The translations under genes and the position numbers were made by a program. From contig OZ223270.1 of NCBI GenBank assembly GCA_965140585.1, forward strand, positions 128,001-192,000: a DNA stretch of 64,000 nt, given 5' to 3'. The notes beneath the pieces were generated by a model. It was not told the DNA's origin, did not search any database, and saw nothing but the letters and a program-made list of their open reading frames with translations. Below are positions 19,311-28,842 of this stretch, piece after piece (position 1 is the first letter of the stretch; every line of letters starts with the position of its first letter). This stretch comes from Spirochaetia bacterium. GTDB taxonomy: Bacteria; Spirochaetota; Spirochaetia; UBA9216.

Positions 19311-20492
19311 TTATTGAACTTTCCTGTGTTGCAAACTGTAGTTAATACCTTCGGGAATTTTATTTGAACCAAACTTAGATGCGACGGACTCAAACATCAT
19401 ACCTAAAATGACAACAGGCGTTCTAATAATAATCCTAAGGTCGTTTAACAGACTCATATTTTTGGCATAACTTATATCAAGCCTAATCATCTCTTTAAAT
19501 GTAAGCTTATTCTTTCCACTAACCTGCCAAAGGCCCGTCATACCAGGAACTGTATCAAACCTATGCGTATGCCACCGCAGGTACTCATCAGCTTCATAGG
19601 GGATACATGGTCTGGGCCCAACAAGACTCATATCACCAAAAAGCACATTTAATAGCTGAGGAAGTTCATCGATACATGATTTTCTAAAAAACTGACCACC
19701 CGGAATAATTCGAGGGTCTTTATCATCAAGCTTCTCCATAGGAACATCACCATTCTTAATAAAGGTCTGGGCATGTTTCCCATGGAAACTCTGGTTATTA
19801 TCATGTTTCATTGAGCGAAATTTATAGAATTTAAAAGGTCTACCTTTATAACCAATCCTTGTCTGTGTAAAAAAAACAGGTCCTGGAGAAACAATCTTAA
19901 TATACAGACTGACAGCTGCAAATAGTGGTGATAAAACAAGAAGCATTATGAATGTTACAGAAACATCCATGGCTTTTTTCCACACAGGGATCTTCATAGT
20001 GAACATATCTTCAGTACAAGCACTTACATCAATTTTTTTATCAGAACAGCCTTCATTTTTATATCCAGATGAAGCATCCTTATTTTTTAACCACTTATCA
20101 GGATAGGTATATATGTCAAAACTGTTATGGTCTTGTTTAATAATAGGAATCTGCTCTAAAATTTTTTTACCAAGAATCAACGCGCCTTTTTCTGCTGTAT
20201 CGGGAAGAAGAATTGCTACATGCTTTTTATCATACCAGCCGATATGATCAATTACCCGAACTAACGTTTTAACTTCTTCAACAAAGATGTTAACCTTCTT
20301 TTTGCTTGAATAAAGAAGGTCCGAAGTAAATAAAATAATAGAAAAAACGGAACCATTACGATCCGCTCTGACTCTTTCATAATTTATTAACTCTTTGAAT
20401 TCTTTTGAAGAATAAATATCATTACTCTTCCATGTCTCTTCAGAAAAAGACTGAAGCTTATTCCATTTTTGTCTTTTTTTTAAAGACTGCAT
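19311..20492 (-). CDS. Priming undecaprenyl-phosphate sugar-1-phosphate transferase with N-terminal degenerate GGDEF-like domain
   Basis: C-terminal KFRSM, DPRI, DELPQLLNVLFGDMSLVGPRP, PGMTGLWQV; N-terminal ERVRADR...FSIILF...RVIDHIGWYDKKHVAILLPDT. Confidence 0.88.
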   Translation of the reverse strand: MQSLKKRQKWNKLQSFSEETWKSNDIYSSKEFKELINYERVRADRNGSVFSIILFTSDLLYSSKKKVNIFVEEVKTLVRVIDHIGWYDKKHVAILLPDTAEKGALILGKKILEQIPIIKQDHNSFDIYTYPDKWLKNKDASSGYKNEGCSDKKIDVSACTEDMFTMKIPVWKKAMDVSVTFIMLLVLSPLFAAVSLYIKIVSPGPVFFTQTRIGYKGRPFKFYKFRSMKHDNNQSFHGKHAQTFIKNGDVPMEKLDDKDPRIIPGGQFFRKSCIDELPQLLNVLFGDMSLVGPRPCIPYEADEYLRWHTHRFDTVPGMTGLWQVSGKNKLTFKEMIRLDISYAKNMSLLNDLRIIIRTPVVILGMMFESVASKFGSNKIPEGINYSLQHRKVQ

Positions 20493-20507
20493 TTATTCCA
20501 CCTTCAT

Positions 20508-20882
20508 TTATAAGGACAATTGCTCATTTAACAATTCAACAGGGGTTATCTTGTAATTACTGGAGAATTTCACGGCAAGCCCCTGAGCTGTAGCACGTGT
20601 AACCATTCCCTCAACTGTGAGCTTAACCTTGTTTGATACTTCAAAAAGCTCTTTCAGCTTATCTACCGTAAGAATCAGTTCAACATTAACCTTACTGCCC
20701 GGACCCATTGCTTGCTCTGAGGTCTCAATAAACACACCACCAGAGGAAACATCTCTTGTTTCTGCTGCTTCCAGGCTGGAGCCTGATTCATCTTCTGTTA
20801 ACTTTACCGGGACTCGCAACGAATATCGTTCTACCCGTCTGTTTTCTCTATTATTCATATCGCAATTGTAATTATATCCCAA
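20508..20882 (-). CDS. PilZ domain protein
   Basis: RxxxR (RRVER) and DxSxxG (DVSSGG) c-di-GMP motifs. Confidence 0.88.
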   Translation of the reverse strand: MGYNYNCDMNNRENRRVERYSLRVPVKLTEDESGSSLEAAETRDVSSGGVFIETSEQAMGPGSKVNVELILTVDKLKELFEVSNKVKLTVEGMVTRATAQGLAVKFSSNYKITPVELLNEQLSL

Positions 20883-20959
20883 TATGATTTTTACAAAATA
20901 CGCTAAGAGTATGATATTTGAATGGATTGAAACTGGTCTATTTACAATTTGTAGTAATA

Positions 20960-20983
20960 ACCTAGTACTATACCTAGTACTAT
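20960..20983. repeat. Tandem 12-bp direct repeat ACCTAGTACTAT x2 (palindromic TAGTACTA core)
   Basis: Seen directly; lies within an AATTTGTAG...CTACAAATT inverted repeat (20946-21000) between the LuxR and PilZ genes. Confidence 0.7.
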
Positions 20984-20991
20984 TTTATGAA

Positions 20992-21663
20992 CTACAAATT
21001 CTGGGCTGCCCAGAGTGCTGCTTGAAGACGGTTAGGAACATTTATTTTTTTAAATATATTATATAAATGAGTTTTAACGGTATTCGGACTTATAAACATT
21101 TTTTCTGCGATTTCATCATTTGTTGATCCCATGCTTATTAAAGATAGTATCTCAATCTCTCTGGGAGTCAGTGAAGTTTTCTCTTCAATGATGGCCTTCT
21201 TTTCATCAAAACTCTCAAAAACATACTCTAATAAAATCTTTCTGGATATCCATATTTCTCCATCTATTATCGCCTTGATTCCCTTTAGAAAAATCTCAAA
21301 CTGGTCATCTTTATAAAAGAAACCTCTTATTTGCCTAGACAGAGCCTTTTTCTCAACCTTTGCATTCTCATGAAGATTAAAAAGCGCTATAAGTGATTTT
21401 GAAAGATTATTATTGGTAGCTATATTTTTTAATATTTCCTCGAAACTCTGCTCTTCACTATCTATAAGGATAAGAGTCTTCGAATCGTTATGAAATTCTT
21501 CTTTTTTTATACTCTCCGAGAAAGCGTTTAGATCCCTATCATATATAGTGCATTTTGCACCAATTTCTTTTTGAATAACATATAAAAAGAATTCACTCTG
21601 AAGAGTAAGGGAGCTTATTATAAAAATATTTACTTTGCTATAATCTGTTATCTGTTCTTCCAT
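20992..21663 (-). CDS. VpsT/CsgD-like LuxR-family transcription factor
   Basis: Atypical receiver domain, GEIWISR, HTH LTPREIEIL...ISPNTVKTHLYNIFKKI..NRLQAALWA. Confidence 0.88.
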   Translation of the reverse strand: MEEQITDYSKVNIFIISSLTLQSEFFLYVIQKEIGAKCTIYDRDLNAFSESIKKEEFHNDSKTLILIDSEEQSFEEILKNIATNNNLSKSLIALFNLHENAKVEKKALSRQIRGFFYKDDQFEIFLKGIKAIIDGEIWISRKILLEYVFESFDEKKAIIEEKTSLTPREIEILSLISMGSTNDEIAEKMFISPNTVKTHLYNIFKKINVPNRLQAALWAAQNL

Positions 21664-21714
21664 ACTGAATGCACAAGTCTTTACAATAAAAAATATAAAC
21701 TATATTATCATTTC

Positions 21715-22929
21715 ATGGAAAAAAATCAAAGTACATTAACTGAAGAAAGAAGTTTAGTTGAAATATTTCTGCAATATTTGTCCATTATTTTACGATATAA
21801 AGTTTTTGTTGTAGTCATCACTGCTACTGCAGCAATCTCTATAGTAACATTCTCAATAGTTTCACTGAAATTGCCCCCAGAGCGTAGCCCTCTACCTAAT
21901 AATTACAAATCTGATGCAAAATTAATTTTTCAGTCAAGTAGCGATGCAGGAGGAATGTCCTCAATGATGGCTATGTTTGGTGTAGATACATCAACCAGCA
22001 GCATTAATGATCCTTCTCAAATGGCTTTACAAGTCCTACAAAGCAGACCATTCCTAGATAGCATTTCAGAAAGCCTAAATCTAGCAGAAAAGTTCGATCT
22101 CAACGATAAAGATGATAAATCTACTATACGGCGTATAATTTTTCTTGGCTCAACATATTATTATAATAAAACAACAGGAACGCTCTCAATCTCATTCATC
22201 AGCACCGAACCTGAATTCGCTAAACAGGTTGTTGACACAGAGGTTGCACTATTGAGTGAATGGTTTCAAAAAGAAGGGGTTTCAATGCGCTCGAGCCAAC
22301 TCCAAATGCTTGAAGACAAACTTAGCGAATTATCAATAGAAATAACAAAAATCGAGAATGAAATAGAAGCTTTTCAAAAGGAGCTTGGCGTTCTTGATAT
22401 TGAACAACTTGCTCAAACACAAGCAGCACTACTACTAGACCTTAGAACTAGATTGAATCAGATTGAACTCGAAATAGGGGAGTATTCTGAATACTCCACT
22501 ATTGAAGATCCTGCACTTGTTAGACTAAATGCGCAAAAATCGAATATCATTAGCCAGATACGGAGGGTTGAAAGAGGATATATAAGTAGTGATGGAAGAA
22601 AAATGCCCTCAACCGAAGAACTTCCCCAGTTATCGCTTAAATTTTCTCACCTTAAAACCGACTTAGAACTTCAAATGCAGCTCTACCAGACCCTATCCGA
22701 ACGATACGAAGTAACTAAACTTGCCGCCGCAGAGGAAGGCGTTTTTAGCATCCTTGAACCTGCAGAAGTTCCAACTGAAAAAGAAGGTCCTTCAAGAGGA
22801 AAACTCTGTATGATAGTAACAGCGGGAGCTTTTTTCGGTAGTATAGTTATAGCTTTACTGATAAATCTGCTGTTAAGTGTTATAAAGGATCCTGACAAGA
22901 TTAAAAAAGTAAACAGGGTAACTTTCTAA
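21715..22929 (+). CDS. Polysaccharide co-polymerase / chain length determinant (Wzz/GumC-like, no kinase domain)
   Basis: Two TM helices flanking a coiled coil; ILEPAEVPTEKEGPSR motif. Confidence 0.85.
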   Translation: MEKNQSTLTEERSLVEIFLQYLSIILRYKVFVVVITATAAISIVTFSIVSLKLPPERSPLPNNYKSDAKLIFQSSSDAGGMSSMMAMFGVDTSTSSINDPSQMALQVLQSRPFLDSISESLNLAEKFDLNDKDDKSTIRRIIFLGSTYYYNKTTGTLSISFISTEPEFAKQVVDTEVALLSEWFQKEGVSMRSSQLQMLEDKLSELSIEITKIENEIEAFQKELGVLDIEQLAQTQAALLLDLRTRLNQIELEIGEYSEYSTIEDPALVRLNAQKSNIISQIRRVERGYISSDGRKMPSTEELPQLSLKFSHLKTDLELQMQLYQTLSERYEVTKLAAAEEGVFSILEPAEVPTEKEGPSRGKLCMIVTAGAFFGSIVIALLINLLLSVIKDPDKIKKVNRVTF

Positions 22930-24476
22930 TGAAAAAAAACTTTTTAGTTTTATTATTTCTATCCCATGCCGTTTTATTCGCACAGGATTTCAGACTTTCC
23001 AGTCAAAACCAACAAGAAAGTTCTGCCATCCAATATCTTCCTCAGGCAGTCATACCGTTACAGGCAGTAACTGAAGAAGCAAGCAATCTGCAAATTGCCA
23101 TTTCAAGTCGTAATTATCCGGTCACTCCGGGTGATGTTTATACTCTTACCTTTCTTCTTGCAGGAGAAACAGTGTCAAACACGTTACTAGTTGAAAGTGA
23201 TTACACGATAAACATGACAATATTCGGAAAGATAAATGCTGAAGGAATGACATTTGCGCAGCTAAAACCAATAATTGAACAGAAAATTGCCGATGCATAC
23301 CCGAGAAGTCTTCCTTCAGTTACAATAACTTCAGTCGGCGTTTTTCAGGTACCGGTACTTGGCGAAGTCCCGGAATCCCGCTTTGTTACGGCATGGGGGC
23401 TTTCCAGACTTAGTGAAATAATCGAAGGTAATTTGACTGATTATTCCTCAATAAGAGATATAAAAATAATTCATGGAGACGGAAAAACAGAGAGCTTTGA
23501 CATTCTCAGAGCCCTGAATCATGGCGAACTGGAAGAAAACCCTAATGTAAAACCAAGCGATAAAATCATTATTTCAAGGCTTCATAGAGAAATTGCAATA
23601 TCCGGCGAAGTCTATCGTCCAGGGGATTTTCAACTGCTTGATAGTGATAGCGTCGAACAGGTCACATATTACACAGGCGGATTTACACCGCGTGCTGACA
23701 TGTCCCGCATTAAAATAGACCGCTATTCCTCAGGACAGCCCGAATCATTTACACTAGATTTTAATAACCTGCCAGCTGATTTTAGATTTGAAAACGGGGA
23801 TGTAATCATTGTCCCTACAGTCATAAATAGGCAGCCTGTTGTATACATTGATGGCGGCGTTAGCGGTGAGCGGACTACTATTGGTTCACAGACATCAATA
23901 CAAGATCTAAATTCACAAGCACAAAACTATAACAGGCTCGTCTCCCCACTAAAAAGCGGCGAAACCTTATATGACATACTCAACAATGTACGCAAAAGTC
24001 TACTGCCCTTTGCTGATCTTGAACATGGATTTGTAATCCGAGGCGAAGAGATAATTGCAATCGATATGCAGGATCTCATTTATGACTTCAATATGGCAAG
24101 AGACCTTACCCTAGAACCTTTTGATAGGATCATAATTCCAGTAAATAGACCTGAAGTCTATGTAACAGGAGCTGCAAACATACCAGGCGTTTACCCGTAC
24201 AACCCTGAAGAGGATTATACCTATTATGTAAACCTTGCCGGAGGATTCGATCCAATTCGAAACAAAAACAGAGTTGCAGTGCTGATGGACCGGGATGGAA
24301 ACAGAAAAAATATAAAGGATCCAATCTTACCAGGAGATACTGTAAATGTTCTATCGAATGATTTTCTTTATAATTTTAATCAATACTTCCCGGCTATAAC
24401 TACAGGTTTAACTTTTATTATCACATTAATTACATTATCACAGTACCTAAACCAGACTTATGATACATCACAGTAA
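22929..24476 (+). CDS. Polysaccharide export protein with SLBB repeats (Wza/KpsD-like)
   Basis: Signal peptide, YPVTPGD, GEVYRPG, AGGF, LPGDTV repeats. Confidence 0.85.
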   Translation: MKKNFLVLLFLSHAVLFAQDFRLSSQNQQESSAIQYLPQAVIPLQAVTEEASNLQIAISSRNYPVTPGDVYTLTFLLAGETVSNTLLVESDYTINMTIFGKINAEGMTFAQLKPIIEQKIADAYPRSLPSVTITSVGVFQVPVLGEVPESRFVTAWGLSRLSEIIEGNLTDYSSIRDIKIIHGDGKTESFDILRALNHGELEENPNVKPSDKIIISRLHREIAISGEVYRPGDFQLLDSDSVEQVTYYTGGFTPRADMSRIKIDRYSSGQPESFTLDFNNLPADFRFENGDVIIVPTVINRQPVVYIDGGVSGERTTIGSQTSIQDLNSQAQNYNRLVSPLKSGETLYDILNNVRKSLLPFADLEHGFVIRGEEIIAIDMQDLIYDFNMARDLTLEPFDRIIIPVNRPEVYVTGAANIPGVYPYNPEEDYTYYVNLAGGFDPIRNKNRVAVLMDRDGNRKNIKDPILPGDTVNVLSNDFLYNFNQYFPAITTGLTFIITLITLSQYLNQTYDTSQ

Positions 24477-24511
24477 TTAACTTTAAAATATTTTATTTTA
24501 ATTTATATAAA

Positions 24512-25723
24512 GGGGCTGACTCATAAGAAGTCAGCCCCTTTTAAAATTTACATCAGATCTTAATCATGCTAGAATTCCTTACGCCAAAGGGAGTAAGTGA
24601 TAAATTAACTCTCAAGCCGTATGATGTCGGTCAGGGTGAATTGATTCTGCCTACGGCCGACGAGCTAATACCAGCCAACCATTTAGTGAGGATAGTTAAT
24701 TCAACCCTAGAACAACTTGATCTCTCACAGCTTCTAAAACAGTACAAAGGCGGTGGAGCCAGCCGATATAATCCTTTGATGCTCTTGAAGGTTCTTGTGT
24801 ATGGTTACCTGAATAATGTATACAGCGGTCGGATGTTGGCAAAAGCAGTTAAAGAGAACATATATTTTCGCTGGATAACCGGATGTCAGATGTCCGATTT
24901 CCGAACAATCAACTTATTTCGTAAAGATAAACTTGCCCCGGTAGTAAATGAGGTATTTGTGGAAGTAGTAAAGCTTCTGCACAAACAGGGATACGTACAG
25001 CTATATACAGTTTACGTTGATGGGACAAAGATAGAATCAAGAGCAAATAGATATACCCTTGTCTGGAGGAAAGCAGTGGATACATTCTACAGTCGTCTTG
25101 AATCCAAGGTGAGAAGCTGTCTTGAAGATGCAAAACGGATAGCAGATGAAGAAGATGGGAAAGAAGTAAAAAAAAACTAACAAAGATTTATAAAAGTCTA
25201 ACCCGGGATTTCTTACCCCGCAAAAAGAAGTATGAATATCACAGAGAACAATTTAACGGCCGGAACAGTTATTCAAAGACTGATAAAGATGCCACGTTCA
25301 TGCGGATGAAAGAAGAGCATATGAGAAACGGCCAGCTGAAACCAGGATACAATATTCAGGTTGGAACCGAGTCCGGTTTTGTAACTACGTATGGGATCTA
25401 CCCAAATCCAACTGACGCTAGAACGCTGCCGTTGGTGTTGGAACAATTTTAAAACGATTACTCTCATTATCCAAAGAACCTCATTGCAGACAAAGGCTGG
25501 AGATTGTACCGGAAACGAGCGGCAGAGGTTGAAACGGTATTTGGTCAGATTAAAGGGAATCAGAGGTTCCGAAGATTCAATGGATGGGGGAAATTGAATG
25601 CCTCCTGCGAGTGGGACCTTCTGATGATGGCTTATAATATGAAGAATCTGACAATTACCTCATCGAGTTAGGTGGTGAGGTATAAAAAAGGGGGCTGGCT
25701 AAGATTAGTTCTTAGTCAGCCCC
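24512..25723 (+). mobile_element. IS1182-family element, decayed
   Basis: Terminal GGGGCTGACT / AGTCAGCCCC inverted repeats, each within a palindrome; transposase fragments inside. Confidence 0.8.
24566..25660 (+). pseudogene. IS1182 transposase pseudogene (stop, frameshifts, internal deletions)
   Basis: MLLKVLVYGY...DFRTINLFR, VDGTKIE; downstream fragments [13 protein letters not shown]...KPGYNIQ and LYRKRAAEVETVFGQIK. Confidence 0.88.
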
Positions 25724-25904
25724 CTTTTTTATTGCCAGTCTTCTTTGAAATCAATACAATCTTCATTATATATTTTTTTACTTATACATAAAGAATTAAA
25801 TGATTACCATAATGTATTTTATTTATTTTGAAGTTTTAATAAGAATAATTTAAATTTGATTATTATAGTCTTTCATATAGAAAGACAAAAGGAGAACTCT
25901 TACC

Positions 25905-26216
25905 ATGATACAAGCAAATGTAAACCCAGGAGCATGTGGATTAAAAACAGTAATCATAGCCGAATCTTTAGACATGATAACCGCAACTGTGACAATATCA
26001 TCAGATTGCCCGGCAGTTATTAAATACGCAAAGCAGTTAAATACTATTGAGGCAATAAAAGAAGTCTTTGCTCCTTTCGGCACCTCAATTGTGTTCAAAG
26101 CCGCAGAAACCACCATCTCACACCCGGCATGCCCTGTTCCTACAGCAGTTCTAAAAGCAGTTGAAGCGGCATGTTCTCTGGCGCTACCTATCGATGTGGA
26201 GATAAAATTTTCTTAA
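25905..26216 (+). CDS. Small conserved Cys-containing protein (DUF6951-like)
   Basis: AAGGAG SD; PGACG...SDC...HPACPVP..VLKAVE...LALP. Confidence 0.65.
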   Translation: MIQANVNPGACGLKTVIIAESLDMITATVTISSDCPAVIKYAKQLNTIEAIKEVFAPFGTSIVFKAAETTISHPACPVPTAVLKAVEAACSLALPIDVEIKFS

Positions 26217-26363
26217 ATATTAAAGTAATACGAATACAAATAAAATTGTTATATAGTACTAAATCGAAATTTTTGTTTTAAATTTCGATTTTATCGTTAT
26301 ATAATTACCAAGAATAATTATAGCTTATAAAATTCTTTATTAAAAATACAAGGATTATCAAAA

Positions 26364-27782
26364 GTGGTCTTCTCGTCATTAAAATTCATTTTTTTTCTAC
26401 TTATTGTTCTTATTTCATTCTTCATTCTTGGAAAGTTCAAGAAATACATTTTAGCAAAGCTATTATTAGTTATTTCGTCGCTTTTCTTCTATGCTCAAGG
26501 TAGTTATTCATTCTTTCCTTTCTTCCTGGCGTCAATTTTTGGAAATTACTTCATAGGAACAGCGCTTATCCGTATAAAACAAAATTATCTTCTACGAAAA
26601 GTTGTTATTATATTAGGAATTCTTGCGAACTGTGCATTACTTGGATATTATAAATATGTTGATTTTTTCATTGAAAATATTAACTTTCTCTTTACCTGCG
26701 GAATTCCTTATAGAAACATAATATTACCGATTGGAATTTCATTCTTTACTTTTCAACTGATCGCTTATTTAGTTGATTCATATCGTGGTTTTACAAATGA
26801 TTATAATATTTTAGATTATTTACTTTTTATAACATTTTTTCCTCAGTTGATTGTAGGCCCTATAGTACATCACTCCGAAATGGTTCCACAGTTTGAAACA
26901 ATAAATACTCATCAATTAGACAAATTCAATCTATCAAAAGGGTTATTTCTATTTTCAATAGGTTTAGCAAAGAAAGTTCTAATAGCAGATAATCTAACAA
27001 ATGATGCACAGACGTTCTTTATTAATTATTTTAATCCTACTATATATGAGGCATGGTATCATTCAATACAGTATACTATCTCATACTATTTTGATTTATC
27101 CGGTTATGCAGATATGGCAATAGGTATTGGCTGGATGTTCAATATTAAAATACCCACAAATTTTAACTCTCCTTACAAAGCAAGAGATTTTCAGGAATAC
27201 TGGCGAAGATGGCACATAACTCTCTCTAGATTTTTGGGAGATTACATCTTTAAATCTTATTATAAGAAAGGAAATAGAATTAGGAATTATTATTGGGCCA
27301 CCATGCTAACTTTTTTTGTATCGGGTTTTTGGCATGGTTCCGGCTGGACTTTTGTTATATGGGGACTCATAAATGGACTTCTGGTTTGTCTTGCAGCTTA
27401 TACCAACAGAAAGAATATGAAAGTTCCTATTATCCCTGCATTTATTCTGACGCAGATTGCTGTTGTCCTATTGAGAACTTTATTTGTAGCCAATGACTTT
27501 ACAACAGCAATAGATATATATACGGCTATGTTTAATTTCCATTCTCTTGGAAGCAATTTTATGGAATTTAAATCTAATCTACTATTATTTTTAATCAAAA
27601 ATAGAAGGGTGGGTTATTACCTTTTTATAGGAGTTATTATTGCCTGGTTTTTACCTAATTCAAATAGATTAACCGAACGTTTCGATGGTTCGTTTAAGTA
27701 TGCCATCTTTTCAGGAAGTCTGCTTGCCATCTCCTTTACACAAATTAGCAAAGTGGCTGATTTCTTATATTTCCAGTTTTAG
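26364..27782 (+). CDS. MBOAT family O-acyltransferase (AlgI/DltB-like)
   Basis: LPIGISFFTFQ, FFPQLIVGPI, YWRRWHITLS, GFWHG, C-terminal FLYFQF. Confidence 0.92.
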   Translation: MVFSSLKFIFFLLIVLISFFILGKFKKYILAKLLLVISSLFFYAQGSYSFFPFFLASIFGNYFIGTALIRIKQNYLLRKVVIILGILANCALLGYYKYVDFFIENINFLFTCGIPYRNIILPIGISFFTFQLIAYLVDSYRGFTNDYNILDYLLFITFFPQLIVGPIVHHSEMVPQFETINTHQLDKFNLSKGLFLFSIGLAKKVLIADNLTNDAQTFFINYFNPTIYEAWYHSIQYTISYYFDLSGYADMAIGIGWMFNIKIPTNFNSPYKARDFQEYWRRWHITLSRFLGDYIFKSYYKKGNRIRNYYWATMLTFFVSGFWHGSGWTFVIWGLINGLLVCLAAYTNRKNMKVPIIPAFILTQIAVVLLRTLFVANDFTTAIDIYTAMFNFHSLGSNFMEFKSNLLLFLIKNRRVGYYLFIGVIIAWFLPNSNRLTERFDGSFKYAIFSGSLLAISFTQISKVADFLYFQF

Positions 27783-27791
27783 AGGCCAAAA

Positions 27792-28733
27792 GTGAAAAAT
27801 AGAAAATTTTTTATTAGTTTAATTGCCACTTTTACTAGTCTCTTTATTTTAGTCAATTTCATGGTAGCACTACGTTTACCGATTTACAAAATAAAAGATG
27901 AGGGCAAATTTATCAATATACCTAATAATATCCTAATTTCTAATGTAGGAGGCAGCCATGGATTAAGAGGAATTGATTGGTCTGTAATTGATGATGATAG
28001 ATGTTTTAACTTTACACTATCAGCCCAAACTCTTTCTTACAGTCTTCGTGTAGTGGAATGTTTTAAAGAAAACTTTTCCTCTGGAGGGGTTCTTGTTATT
28101 AATGTTGGATTTGGATATCTAAGCTATGATGAAAAACCACAAATAAATTTCCCTTCTAAAAATAAGCGTTACTATTCATTTCTTGCTCCAGAATACATCA
28201 AAGATTATAAATTACTTGATGCTATAAAATATAAATTTCCAGTTTTTTATTACAGTTATGACATAATCAATCTCATTAGACAACTCATCTTTACCGAACC
28301 AGAATTAGCGTCTGAGGTTGGTAAACGCAAAATCGATCTAAGCAAAGTTGATTTGCAGGCTAAAATGGCGATAGAGGAACACATAATCCAATATAATAAA
28401 CAGTTTAACCAGAGGGAAATTGAGGCTCTTTATGGTATTATTAATTTTTGTAAAGAGAATAACATTACACCAGTAATAATCACCTTCCCGCATTTAGATG
28501 AATATCTTGAACTGATTCCAATAGATTTTAAAAAGGAATTCTATAAAAAGATTGAGTATATTTCCAATGAAATTAGTGTGAATTACTATGACTATTCTAA
28601 CGATCAACGATTTAGAAGATATGATTTATATTTAAATTCCGATCATCTAAATAATTATGGTGCTGAAGTTTTCACAAAAATCATTATTGAGGAAATTCCT
28701 GAAATAAAGAAAACCTTAGACGTCTTAGATTGA
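27792..28733 (+). CDS. SGNH-fold partner of the MBOAT (DltD/AlgJ-like)
   Basis: N-terminal TM anchor, GGSH block I and DHLN motif; directly downstream of the MBOAT. Confidence 0.72.
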   Translation: MKNRKFFISLIATFTSLFILVNFMVALRLPIYKIKDEGKFINIPNNILISNVGGSHGLRGIDWSVIDDDRCFNFTLSAQTLSYSLRVVECFKENFSSGGVLVINVGFGYLSYDEKPQINFPSKNKRYYSFLAPEYIKDYKLLDAIKYKFPVFYYSYDIINLIRQLIFTEPELASEVGKRKIDLSKVDLQAKMAIEEHIIQYNKQFNQREIEALYGIINFCKENNITPVIITFPHLDEYLELIPIDFKKEFYKKIEYISNEISVNYYDYSNDQRFRRYDLYLNSDHLNNYGAEVFTKIIIEEIPEIKKTLDVLD

Positions 28734-28842
28734 GAGCCTATTAATTTTAAAGCGCATAGAATTATCCTCTTAGAGACAAAAATAGAAAGTCATGTTCTAG
28801 GTATTGATTCAAAAAGTAATTTTTTTCTAAAATCTTTATAGA

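Noticed and set aside
26264-26292. AT-rich hairpin upstream of the MBOAT gene
   Set aside because: Single stem without the conserved core; likely a terminator or operator
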